NCBI GenBank assembly: GCA_964483245.1 | Contig: CAZABP010000011.1 | Span: forward strand, 22,126-86,125 | Length of the DNA: 64,000 bases | Reading direction: 5' to 3' | Source: an uncultured candidatus Brocadiaceae bacterium | GTDB taxonomy: Bacteria; Planctomycetota; UBA1135; UBA2386 | In this document: piece after piece, positions 1 to 7,988 of the stretch | Numbering within the stretch: position 1 is the first letter of the stretch | Layout of the letters: each line of letters begins with the position of its first letter | Program-made: the position numbers and the translations under genes | The notes under the pieces: model-generated | The model's input: the letters and a program-made list of their open reading frames with translations, nothing else | Databases searched by the model: none | What the model was told of the DNA's origin: nothing

Positions 1-986
1 GTGCCGCGCCCGATGCGGTCGTAGCGGGCTTGGCCTGTGCCCGACCAGCACTCCAGGTAGAAGGGGCGATCCCCCTGGTGACCTTCACGTTCCAACTGGC
101 GGAGCCATCCCGTCAGCTCGTCCCTGAACAGGAGCAGTCCGAACGGGTTTTGCGCAAGCAGTTCGCCGAGCTTCTCGACCGTTGAGTCGTAGACAAGGAT
201 GCGCCATCGCGTGGGCGGCTGTTCGCGGGACTGGGCGAGGTGGAGCTTGGCGACCTGATGCGCGTCCTTGCCATCCTTGCTTGCCTCCCGGATCTCTTCG
301 CGCGCCTTCGCCTTCAGGGCCTCGGCGACGAACTGCTTCGAGTCGAACTCTAGCTTCGCCTGCTCGAACTCAGTCTTGGCGGCGCGTTCGAGTTCTTCGA
401 GCGGCCGGAGCATCTCAGCCAGGATGGGCGACTTCATCACCCCGGGCCTCCCGATGATGGCGCCCCAGAGGTTCGGCACGACCAGCCAGTCGTCATCGCG
501 CTTGGGACAGATCCCCATGCGGCGGCCGACGACTGCGGACAGCGCGACCATGCCGCTGATGGCGGCGAACTCGATCGGGGCCTGCGTCCGTTCCGCGACG
601 TCCAGCACCCGATCCCGTAGGTAGTGCGGCAGCAGCGCCGGATCGAACGGCGGTACTGGCGGCAGGTCGTTAGGCAGGGGCTTGGGGTCCGGCCATTCGC
701 CTGCTCGCGGCTGGTTGGTCTGCAGGTTTCCGCGCGCTCTATCAGCGCGCTTTGCCGAGCGCACAGCCTCGGCGCGGATCCTGGCGAGGACATCCGCGAG
801 GAACTCCGGATCCAGCGCCTTCCCCTTCTCGGCCAGCTCCTGCACGAATCGCTTGTGCGCCGCTTCGTCCGAGAGATCGATCCGCGCGCTGAAGACCAGT
901 ACATCGCCCTGCAGGATGCTGATGCCGGTCTCTTGTCCGGTGTCGCGCGTGAACAGGATCTGCGGTCTGTTCGGCCTAGCTACCAT
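1..986 (-). CDS. DUF3987 (YfjI-like, helicase-like) island protein, partial; C-terminus lies beyond the left edge
   Basis: Not in the ORF track because there is no stop in the window. Own translation of the reverse strand from ATG 986: MVARPNRPQILFTRDTGQETG...PFDPALLPHYLRDRVLDVAERTQAPIEFAAISGMVALSAVVGRRMGICPKRDDDWLVVPNLWGAIIGRPGVMKSPIL...RILVYDSTVEKLGELLAQNPFGLLLFRDELTGWL. This is the pattern of DUF3987 proteins that typically follow phage/plasmid primases. The ATG overlaps the primase stop by 11 nt. Confidence 0.8.
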   Translation of the reverse strand, partial: MVARPNRPQILFTRDTGQETGISILQGDVLVFSARIDLSDEAAHKRFVQELAEKGKALDPEFLADVLARIRAEAVRSAKRADRARGNLQTNQPRAGEWPDPKPLPNDLPPVPPFDPALLPHYLRDRVLDVAERTQAPIEFAAISGMVALSAVVGRRMGICPKRDDDWLVVPNLWGAIIGRPGVMKSPILAEMLRPLEELERAAKTEFEQAKLEFDSKQFVAEALKAKAREEIREASKDGKDAHQVAKLHLAQSREQPPTRWRILVYDSTVEKLGELLAQNPFGLLLFRDELTGWLRQLEREGHQGDRPFYLECWSGTGQARYDRIGRG

Positions 987-1959
987 CGCGCTCCTCCTGC
1001 AGCCGCGAGGCCGGCAGCGGTTGCGCTGCATCAAGCCGTGCGCGCAGCTCGTCGCCTGTCGCGCCGGCGATGCGCCATGCGCGGAGGTCATTGAATCCAT
1101 CCGGCGGCAGAACGACGCACACGTCGGCGCAGTAGATGCGTAGGAGTTCGGCCAGCCTGGCCGCTCCTTCCTGCTCCTGGGGTTGTGCGTCGGCGATGAC
1201 GGCGATGCGCACGGGGGCATGCATCCGCACCAGGTCGACGACGAGATCGTGCTGCCCCTGGCAGCTCGGCCTTCCCGCCGCCTCGAAACCCATGTCGAGC
1301 GCGACGCAGGTGTCCGTCGCCCCTTCGCAGATCAGGAGCAGATCCCTGGCGTCGAGACCGTCCGGCAGGAAGAGGCCTGCGCGGCTTCCGTCCACTGAGA
1401 GCTTGTCGCCGTTTGGGAACCGGAGGCGGTTGCCGGTGCAGCGGCCGTCCGGTGCCCGCATCGGGAATGCGATCGCGCGCGGGTGCTGCCTGCTACAGAA
1501 GGCTCCCAGCCTTGTCAGCGCCTCGACCGAGACGGCTTCGGGCCGTGCGGGGTGCTGCGCAAGATGTTCGGGCTTCGTCGCCGCCAGAGCCGCACGAACG
1601 CGCGCGGTCCAGTCGGGCGTTCGCCGGAGCTCGATCGGCCTGGGCCGCGGCGCTGGCGGAGGTCCTCGATGTCCAGCAACCGGGACGCTGGCTACTGCGG
1701 CGAGGTACTCGACTGCCTGGGGGAACGTGCAGCCGTCGCGCTCCTGGACGAACTTGAAGACGTCGCCGTGCCAGTCGCAGCCGAAGCAATGCGCATGGTC
1801 GTCGTAGACCGTGAAGCTCGGCGTCCGCTCGGCGTGGAACGGGCAGAGCATGACTTGCAGCTTCCCATTCCTGCGCACTTCGAAGCCGTGCTCGTGCAGC
1901 AGGTCGGGGAACCGGACGCGATCACGGATCATGTCGAGCGTCTCGCGACTGATGTTCAC
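976..1959 (-). CDS. Phage/plasmid-type DNA primase (CHC2 zinc finger + Toprim)
   Basis: N-terminal CHC2 zinc finger (CPFHAERTPSFTVYDDHAHCFGCDWHGDVFKF). Central Toprim-like segment (LLLICEGATDTCVALDMGF ... IAVIADAQPQEQEG). 4-nt start/stop overlaps with neighbours. Confidence 0.88.
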   Translation of the reverse strand: MNISRETLDMIRDRVRFPDLLHEHGFEVRRNGKLQVMLCPFHAERTPSFTVYDDHAHCFGCDWHGDVFKFVQERDGCTFPQAVEYLAAVASVPVAGHRGPPPAPRPRPIELRRTPDWTARVRAALAATKPEHLAQHPARPEAVSVEALTRLGAFCSRQHPRAIAFPMRAPDGRCTGNRLRFPNGDKLSVDGSRAGLFLPDGLDARDLLLICEGATDTCVALDMGFEAAGRPSCQGQHDLVVDLVRMHAPVRIAVIADAQPQEQEGAARLAELLRIYCADVCVVLPPDGFNDLRAWRIAGATGDELRARLDAAQPLPASRLQEERDGS

Positions 1960-2207
1960 GCTTCACCTCGCCGCAGGTGGTGTGCGTGCCGGGTCGCTGC
2001 AAGCACGTGCCGCTTACCGCATTCGTGTGCTTCAGCCCGCAGCGGCAAGCGAACGCTGCGTCGCCGGCCGCACAGCACGACGTTGGCGACGGCGCAGATG
2101 CCGGCTTGGCGAGCGTGCGCGCGCTCTGTAGCTTGCGCCAAGGAACTGACTTCCCGTGGCGGCCGTCCAGCGCGCGAACGCTGGCGGCCGCGTTCTTTCC
2201 GGCTCAT
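1956..2207 (-). CDS. Small Arg-rich hypothetical protein (83 aa), island-borne
   Basis: ORF has 4-nt overlaps with both the upstream (2204) and downstream (1959) genes, suggesting translational coupling. No recognisable motif and composition is odd, so coding status is uncertain. Confidence 0.3.
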   Translation of the reverse strand: MSRKERGRQRSRAGRPPREVSSLAQATERAHARQAGICAVANVVLCGRRRSVRLPLRAEAHECGKRHVLAATRHAHHLRRGEA

Positions 2208-2551
2208 CCGGCACCTCCGCGCTTCGCGCTGACGGCGCTGATGAACTCGCAGATCCAGCGCCAGGTCGTGACCCTACCGGTGCCTGGCACCTTCATGCAC
2301 GCCAGCCTGAGCCCGCCGATCCCGGGCTGCATGAACCGATAGACCGCGCTCACGTCGAGCGCGTCCTCGCGGCCGGGCCAGATCCGTGCCGAGAGCTTCG
2401 GCGTGATCGGCTCGTCAGGGTCCAGCGCCCGGCCGAACGAGGGAACGAACGGGGGAGGGAAGGGGAGATCGCCGGCAGTCGTCGCCACGTCTCGCGTCGC
2501 GTCGCCGGGCTTCGGGGCAAGTCGCCTAGTCATGCCATCGCAGGATGGCAA
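2204..2551 (-). CDS. Excisionase/AlpA-like helix-turn-helix DNA-binding protein (putative)
   Basis: The C-terminal segment ALDVSAVYRFMQPGIGGLRLACMKVPGTGRVTTWRWICEFISAV resembles the excisionase-family HTH pattern (vyrlv..G.lpa.kvG.r.wr....l..wl). Its position between integrase and primase is typical for xis/alpA. Confidence 0.45.
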   Translation of the reverse strand: MPSCDGMTRRLAPKPGDATRDVATTAGDLPFPPPFVPSFGRALDPDEPITPKLSARIWPGREDALDVSAVYRFMQPGIGGLRLACMKVPGTGRVTTWRWICEFISAVSAKRGGAG

Positions 2552-2614
2552 CCACGTCTCGCCGCGCTATGTCACACAGTGTGTACTACACGCCACCAAT
2601 CGGGCGGCGCCGTT

Positions 2615-3511
2615 TCACTCCTCGATCTGCGAGGCATTCCGATTCGGGCCGAGGCTCTGATCGAACGCCAGGACCGCCCTACCAAGTGGCTTGATCCTCA
2701 CACCCCCGTCCACCTCGACCACACCGGTCTGCTGCAACCAGCCGGATTTGGCGAGGCATGTGTAGGTGGCGAGCTGGGCGCTCTTCGCAACCGCATCCCA
2801 GTTGGGATACTCTTCCTGCTCCGCGAGCGCGCCGAGGATTCTCGCGACCGTCTCGGTCAACCGGCCACTTCGCTTCGAGGATAGGAGCTTGTGCGCTCGC
2901 TGGGCATCCCCGCTGCCTTGAGTCTTGGCCTCGACGGCTAGAAGGCTCGTGACGATCGCTTTGCCATGGACCTGCGCTGACTGCATCGGATCGCGCAGGA
3001 TGCTGACGACCTCCAGCAAGCCACGTTGCATACGGTGCGCGGTTTCCTCGTCTTCTTCCCCCTGACCGAAGATTCGGGGGAACTCCAGGTTCTCCCAGAT
3101 GCCCTTGTACATGATGGCCGCGGCCTTCAGCAGCGCCGCCGGCGGGCTGGGGGCAGTCGCGCCATAGCAGGCGTATCCGCCCTGCCAAGCATCGCTGAAG
3201 GCACTCTCCCAGGGGCCGAATGCAGCGGAGGCGATGCTGATTGATCGGTGAAACTTATTCGCCGCCCGCCTGATCGCAGCAAAGTCGCGACGGTACTTCC
3301 CGCGCTCGTCCACTGCCTCGATGGCGTCGAGCAGCCCGCCCATGGCACCTAGTACGCTGTCCAAGGCAAGCACGGATTCGCGAGGCGACGCGCGTGAGGG
3401 AGCCTTGCTCGCTCCGCTGGGTGCCGGGGTCTTGCCCTCTGGTTTGTCCCGGTCGCCGCGTTTCGCCATGCACCCGCCTTTCCCCGCCGAGAAGAAACCG
3501 CCGTCGGGCAC
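2615..3511 (-). CDS. Orphan island cargo/regulator protein, no recognised domain (298 aa; alternative start MAKRGD at 3469)
   Basis: Balanced amino-acid composition (W, Y, K, E, I present), unlike the spurious Arg/Ala/Pro ORFs. Lys/Pro/Ser-rich disordered N-terminus. Locally lower GC than the flanks. Lies between int and the xis-like gene. Confidence 0.6.
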   Translation of the reverse strand: MPDGGFFSAGKGGCMAKRGDRDKPEGKTPAPSGASKAPSRASPRESVLALDSVLGAMGGLLDAIEAVDERGKYRRDFAAIRRAANKFHRSISIASAAFGPWESAFSDAWQGGYACYGATAPSPPAALLKAAAIMYKGIWENLEFPRIFGQGEEDEETAHRMQRGLLEVVSILRDPMQSAQVHGKAIVTSLLAVEAKTQGSGDAQRAHKLLSSKRSGRLTETVARILGALAEQEEYPNWDAVAKSAQLATYTCLAKSGWLQQTGVVEVDGGVRIKPLGRAVLAFDQSLGPNRNASQIEE

Positions 3512-3574
3512 GCGTGGCGGGTAGCTGCTCGGGGCCGGTGATCAAGCCGGCCCCTGCCCGACGGCTTCACGATC

Positions 3575-5032
3575 CTAGCCGAGCTTGGCCATCACGTCGG
3601 CGGCTTCCTTGTCGTCTCGCCGGACGTAGCCATCGGTCACGCGGGCGCTGCGATGGCCAAGCACAACGCGTGCGGACTCCAGGTTTCGTGTCGCAGCCTC
3701 GATCCGCGTGGCGGCAGCGTGCCTGAGAAGGTGCGGGTGCCAGTGGGGGATCATCTCCACGCGGCCGAGTGCTTCCCTCAGCCTCGCGCGGAAGGTCTTG
3801 GGCGAGACCGTGGCTTCGATGCCGGCGCTCCCCAGCATGTTGCACAGTTGCGTCGCGAGCCTCTCGCGAAACGCTCCAGGCTCCTCCGTGCTTGCTGGCG
3901 TCGGCAGCGAGCGCAGCGCCCCGGCCATCCATGGGGTAACCCCCGAGGTGCAGATGGTGGGCAACACCTCCTGGAGCACCGCGCCGAACCGCATCGCATT
4001 CGTCTTCTGGATGCCGTACGCGATCGCTCGCGCGTAGGAACACCGGTCGTACGCCGCCCGCTTGGCTCGCTGGTTCTCCCCCACTGGCTTCGACCGGCGC
4101 GCAGCCTGGGATGGTTGCACCTTCGACTTGCGCAGTGCCCGTCGGCGGATGGCGCGCTCGCGATCGGCGCGCTGTGGGCTGAACAGGGGCTCGCTCTGGC
4201 TTGGCCGCGGGACCCGGTCAAGGAACTCGCGAAGGACCACCTGGGCTTGCGGGCCGAAGTGCAGCGTCCGCCTATGGCCACGGTAGGCGGTCTTGTGCTT
4301 CTCGATCTTCGCGCTCCACACGTTCTCCCGACTCCGGTCGATGTCACACGGCCGTAGGTTGAGAACCTCGCCGCTCCGGGCACCCGTGTACCACTGCAGG
4401 AGGATCAAGGCGCGTACCTCACGCGTCACGTGCGGAAGCACTGGCTCCACGCATTCCCATGGAACCGGCTGCCGATCACGCGGCTCGCGTGCGTGAGACT
4501 TGTGGGGCTTCAGTGCCTTGAGCCTCCGAGCACGGCTCGCAACGTCCGGGTGAACGAGCTCCTTCTCGGCCGCCCAGTCGAGCATGCGCTTCACGCGGCC
4601 GATGCACTGGTTGACCGTCGTCCGAACCAAGCCTCGGCCCACGAGCTCATCCCGGAAGGCCTCAAGCTGCGGGATCCTGAACTCGGTGGCCCGCAACGCG
4701 CCGCAGCTCGCAGCGAGCCGTTCCATGGTTACTCGCACGGCATCCGCTTCCGACGAGCCTCGGTACTCGAGGCTGGCGTGGTCGGTGTAGCGCTGCGCCA
4801 GCTCGCTGATCGCAGGACTCGCGTCAGGTGCGTCACTCGGAACCGGAGGGACGGTGGGGCCCGACCGCTGGTGCGCCGGGCTCCTCCCGCTCATCAGTTC
4901 ACCGAGGAGGCGCTGAGCCTCCTGCTCGTCGGATCCAAGGGACCAGAACCGGCCCTTGAACCTCGTGTAGTACTGGACGGCGCCGCTCGGGAGACGGCGC
5001 TTCTTGATCCGAGCCTCAGGACGTTTCGGCAT
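3575..5032 (-). CDS. int: Tyrosine recombinase / phage integrase
   Basis: C-terminal catalytic signature HWHPHLLRHAAATRI...VLGHRSARVTDGYV (R..H-x-x-R..H..Y). Start chosen at MPKRPEARIKKRRLPSG (ATG 5032). The ORF-track extension to 5137 would read through the tRNA-proximal arm. Adjacent to the tRNA 3' end. Confidence 0.9.
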   Translation of the reverse strand: MPKRPEARIKKRRLPSGAVQYYTRFKGRFWSLGSDEQEAQRLLGELMSGRSPAHQRSGPTVPPVPSDAPDASPAISELAQRYTDHASLEYRGSSEADAVRVTMERLAASCGALRATEFRIPQLEAFRDELVGRGLVRTTVNQCIGRVKRMLDWAAEKELVHPDVASRARRLKALKPHKSHAREPRDRQPVPWECVEPVLPHVTREVRALILLQWYTGARSGEVLNLRPCDIDRSRENVWSAKIEKHKTAYRGHRRTLHFGPQAQVVLREFLDRVPRPSQSEPLFSPQRADRERAIRRRALRKSKVQPSQAARRSKPVGENQRAKRAAYDRCSYARAIAYGIQKTNAMRFGAVLQEVLPTICTSGVTPWMAGALRSLPTPASTEEPGAFRERLATQLCNMLGSAGIEATVSPKTFRARLREALGRVEMIPHWHPHLLRHAAATRIEAATRNLESARVVLGHRSARVTDGYVRRDDKEAADVMAKLG

Positions 5033-5145
5033 CGCGGGAACCTCAAACCGTGCACGTGCACGGCTCCTCTGGGGTGAAACTGGGTTCTCCGCACCGCTCC
5101 GAAGGAACGGGTTCGGCTGCAAGGCCGATCGGATCAAGCTTGCAG

Positions 5146-5222
5146 TGGCACACCCGTCAGGACTCGAACCTGAAACCTCCTGATCCGTAGTCAGGTGCTC
5201 TATCCAATTGAGCTACGGGTGC
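5146..5222 (-). tRNA. tRNA-Arg (anticodon ACG), 77 nt with encoded CCA
   Basis: Manual cloverleaf: GCACCCG TA GCTC AATTGGATA GAGC A CCTGA CTACGGA TCAGG AGGTT TCAGG TTCGAGT CCTGA CGGGTGT G CCA. All stems pair except a G1-U72 wobble. Close to the E. coli tRNA-Arg(ACG) layout. Confidence 0.92.
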
Positions 5223-5237
5223 GCGTGAGGGCGCGGG

Positions 5238-5265
5238 AGTATAGGAGCGCTCCCGCAGCCGGCAA
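5238..5265 (-). promoter_or_regulatory. Candidate sigma70-type promoter for tRNA-Arg (TTGCCG - 16 nt - TATACT)
   Basis: On the minus strand, TATACT lies at 5243-5238 and TTGCCG at 5265-5260 with 16-nt spacing. The -10 box ends about 15 nt upstream of the mature tRNA 5' end. Confidence 0.3.
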
Positions 5266-5288
5266 GCGCTCGGCGGGGCTTTCGCCGG

Positions 5289-5861
5289 TCAGCGCGCCGC
5301 GTGGCGGCGGCTGTGCGCAACGGCGTCGCGCCAGGCACCGAGATGCGCCGCCAGCGTGGTCTCGAGCGCGTGCAGGGCGTGCGCCTGCGGCAGCAGGTTG
5401 TCGGCCGGATCGGAGAACACGAGGCCGGTGATGGCACCGCGGACGAGTTCGACGAGGCGGCGGCCGGTCAATCCGCGGCGATGCAGCTCGGGACCGCTGC
5501 CGGCCAGCAGCGGAATCCACGAGTGCGCGACGGCGTGCAACGTGCCGGAGTCGATGCGGCCGGCGCGGATCGCCTCGACCCAGGCGCGGGCGGCGCGGCG
5601 GCGCCGGTTCAGGGCCGGGATGGTCAGCAGCGGACGCTGGCCGATGCGCAGTGCATCGTCGTTGTGCTTGGCGATCGAAGCCTGCACCAACACGCGCGTG
5701 ACGAGCGCGACCTGCGGACCGAGGGCGCGCTCGAGTTCGGCGAGCCCACGCACCGCAACGGTGCCGGCCTGCAACGGCTCGAGCCAGACGAACGGGATGG
5801 CCGCCGGTGCCGACGCAGGCTGGGCGGACGGCCGATGGACAGAGATCGCCGACGGGATCAT
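5289..5861 (-). CDS. Hypothetical protein (190 aa), last gene of the pabB-pabC operon
   Basis: Same strand, 42 nt downstream of pabC. Reasonable composition. No motif recognised. Confidence 0.5.
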   Translation of the reverse strand: MIPSAISVHRPSAQPASAPAAIPFVWLEPLQAGTVAVRGLAELERALGPQVALVTRVLVQASIAKHNDDALRIGQRPLLTIPALNRRRRAARAWVEAIRAGRIDSGTLHAVAHSWIPLLAGSGPELHRRGLTGRRLVELVRGAITGLVFSDPADNLLPQAHALHALETTLAAHLGAWRDAVAHSRRHAAR

Positions 5862-5903
5862 GCCGGTGCTATCGGCTGCCCAGGCCAGCGAACCTGATCC
5901 GAA

Positions 5904-6680
5904 TCACCCGCCGGCGACGAGCTGCTGCCACGCATGCGCGAGCGTGCCGTCCGGATCGCCTGGCGGCGGGCCACCCGCGAGCGCGGCGGGCCGGACGCCG
6001 TGCACGGCGTTCGTGACCCACAGTCCCCGGCAACGCGCGAGAGCGTCGAACGGCAGCTCCGCCTCTTCGACTGTCGCGTTTTCGAGCAGCAGTGCGCGCG
6101 CGATCCCGGGCAGGAACCGACCGGACGCCCGGGGAGTCACCAACGCCCCATCCAGCTCGGCGACGACGTTGCAGGTCGTCGTCTCCTGCACCAGACGCCG
6201 GCGGTCGAGCAGCAGCGCGTCTGCTGCGCCGGCTGCCCGCGCCGCCGCGAACGCGACCGCGTAGTGCGGGCGCGCCGCGCACTTGAGCGCGGCGAACGGC
6301 CAGTCGTCCGGCAGCGGGTCCGGCGCGACGACGAGAGGAACGATCCCCGGCGTGCCGCGGCTGCGCGTTGTCATGATCCAGCGCGGTTGCGGGCCGGGCC
6401 CACCGGCGCTGAGGGTCAGGCGCAAGACCCCGTCCTGCTGTCTGGTCATCGCCAGCAGCTCCTCGGCGGCGGCGGCGAGCTCCGGCGGCGGCGCGCACTC
6501 GACGCGCAGGCGTCCGGCACCGGCGGCGAGACGCGCGAGGTGGCGCGGCCACAGCGGCAGCTTCCCACGCACAGCACCGATGGTCTCGAACAGCGCGTGT
6601 CCGGCGCGGAATGCGGCATCGTCGACCGGCACCGCACGCGCAGCATCCAGGTACCGCCCGTCGACCCACGCCAGACTCAT
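5904..6680 (-). CDS. pabC: Aminodeoxychorismate lyase / class IV aminotransferase
   Basis: MSLAWVDGRYLDAARAVPVDDAAFRAGHALFETIG... and ...VQETTTCNVVAELDGALVTPRASGRFLPGIARALLLE fit the fold-type IV PLP enzyme pattern. ATGA overlap with the pabB stop at 6677-6680. The ORF-track N-terminal extension is rejected. Confidence 0.75.
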   Translation of the reverse strand: MSLAWVDGRYLDAARAVPVDDAAFRAGHALFETIGAVRGKLPLWPRHLARLAAGAGRLRVECAPPPELAAAAEELLAMTRQQDGVLRLTLSAGGPGPQPRWIMTTRSRGTPGIVPLVVAPDPLPDDWPFAALKCAARPHYAVAFAAARAAGAADALLLDRRRLVQETTTCNVVAELDGALVTPRASGRFLPGIARALLLENATVEEAELPFDALARCRGLWVTNAVHGVRPAALAGGPPPGDPDGTLAHAWQQLVAGG

Positions 6681-7900
6681 GCGCCGAGTCCGAGCGCGGC
6701 GAGGATGCCGGCCGCCTTGTGCATGCTCTCGTCGTATTCGGCGGCAGGATCGCTGCGTGCGGTCACCCCGCCGCCGACGTTGAAGCGCAACCACCCGTCG
6801 CGGTACACGATCGTGCGGATCGCGACGTTCAGGTGCAGCGCGGGCCCCGGGCCGATGGTCCCGATCGCGCCGGTGTAGACGCCGCGCCGCGCCCACTCGA
6901 GCTGCTCGAGGATCTGCATGCAGCGCAGCTTCGGGGCGCCGGTGATGCTGCCGCCGGGGAACGTCGCCTGCAGCAGCCCGACGAGGTCCACGTCCTCGCG
7001 CAACGTCGCCTGCACGGCCGCGAACAGATGATGCACCTGCGCATGCGTCGCCAGCTCCGGGAACGGACCGACGCGGACGCTGCCGGTCTCCGCGACCTTG
7101 CCGAGGTCGTTGCGCAGCAGGTCGACGATCATCGCGAGCTCAGCGCGATCCTTGGCACTGCCGAGCAGCTCCGCGCTCAGCAGCGTGTCCTGCGCCGCGC
7201 TGCGGCCGCGCGGGCGCGTGCCCTTGATCGGACGCGTGCGCACGTGGCGACCCTCGACGTGCAGGAACTCCTCCGGTGAAGAGCTCAACACGCAGGTTCC
7301 GCCGGCACCTTCGATGTAGGCCGCGAACGGCGCCGGACTCACCGCACACAGGCGCCAGAACAGCGCGCGCGGATCGCCGTCGAACCGGGCGCTGAACGGC
7401 TGGGTCAGGTTGGCCTGAAAGATGTCGCCGGCGCGGATGTGTTCGACGACCGTGGCGACGCGCGCCTCGTATTCCGCACGCGTGCAGTGCGCACGCAGCC
7501 CGGTCGCGACCGGCACCGCCGGCGGCGGCGCGACCGCGACATCACGCCACCGCTGCTCGTCGGCGTACGCCGTGAACGACAGCACCGGCGTCTCGAAGTC
7601 GTCCGCGATCGCGCGCGCGACCGGCTCGACGTCGTCGCGCAGGTCGTAGCCGAGCCAGCCGGCAGAGCACCGCGCCGCATGCCGGACCAGGAACGCGCGC
7701 AGCCGCTCGAATCCGCCGATCGTGTCCGCGGGCGTGAGCTCCAGCGTCTCGACCGGACTGCCGAGCAGCACGGTCGGGCCGGCTCCGCAGGACGCGAGCA
7801 GGGCGACCGGCGCATCTCGCGGCGCGGCGAGCAACCGCGCGAACGGCGCCGGATCCGCAGCGACGGCGGCGGCAGCGGGCGGTGGCGAGGAGCGGGACAC
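6677..7900 (-). CDS. pabB: Aminodeoxychorismate synthase component I (chorismate-binding enzyme)
   Basis: Chorismate-binding C-terminal motifs FPGGSITGAPKLRCMQILEQLE and RGVYTGAIGTIGPG. Start uncertain: GTG at 7900 was chosen because the ORF-track start (8200) would overlap the divergent patatin gene. Confidence 0.78.
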   Translation of the reverse strand: MSRSSPPPAAAAVAADPAPFARLLAAPRDAPVALLASCGAGPTVLLGSPVETLELTPADTIGGFERLRAFLVRHAARCSAGWLGYDLRDDVEPVARAIADDFETPVLSFTAYADEQRWRDVAVAPPPAVPVATGLRAHCTRAEYEARVATVVEHIRAGDIFQANLTQPFSARFDGDPRALFWRLCAVSPAPFAAYIEGAGGTCVLSSSPEEFLHVEGRHVRTRPIKGTRPRGRSAAQDTLLSAELLGSAKDRAELAMIVDLLRNDLGKVAETGSVRVGPFPELATHAQVHHLFAAVQATLREDVDLVGLLQATFPGGSITGAPKLRCMQILEQLEWARRGVYTGAIGTIGPGPALHLNVAIRTIVYRDGWLRFNVGGGVTARSDPAAEYDESMHKAAGILAALGLGA

Positions 7901-7988
7901 GGGCGCCGCGGATGATCCCGGGCAGGAATTCCCGGTCAATCCCGATCGTTGCCCGCGCACCCTCCGACCGGGATCCTCCGCCGCTGAC

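Larger units (their letters stand above)
1..5145. mobile_element. Right-hand part of a tRNA-Arg-targeting integrative island (int, xis-like, primase, DUF3987); left end outside the window
   Basis: Co-oriented int / xis-like / primase / DUF3987 module abuts the CCA end of tRNA-Arg. A lower-GC stretch lies at about 2560-3600. No second att repeat is visible inside the window. Confidence 0.7.

Noticed and set aside
2570-2600. Short dyad cacac-a-gtgtg upstream of the xis-like gene as an operator
   Set aside because: Only 5-bp arms. It is too short to distinguish from chance without comparative data.
5033-5137. N-terminal 35-aa extension of the integrase ORF (start at 5137)
   Set aside because: It would begin 9 nt from the tRNA end and read through the conserved arm and palindrome. 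The sequence MIRSALQPNPFLRSGAENPVSPQRSRARARFEVPA has no integrase-like character. ATG 5032 gives a typical integrase N-terminus.
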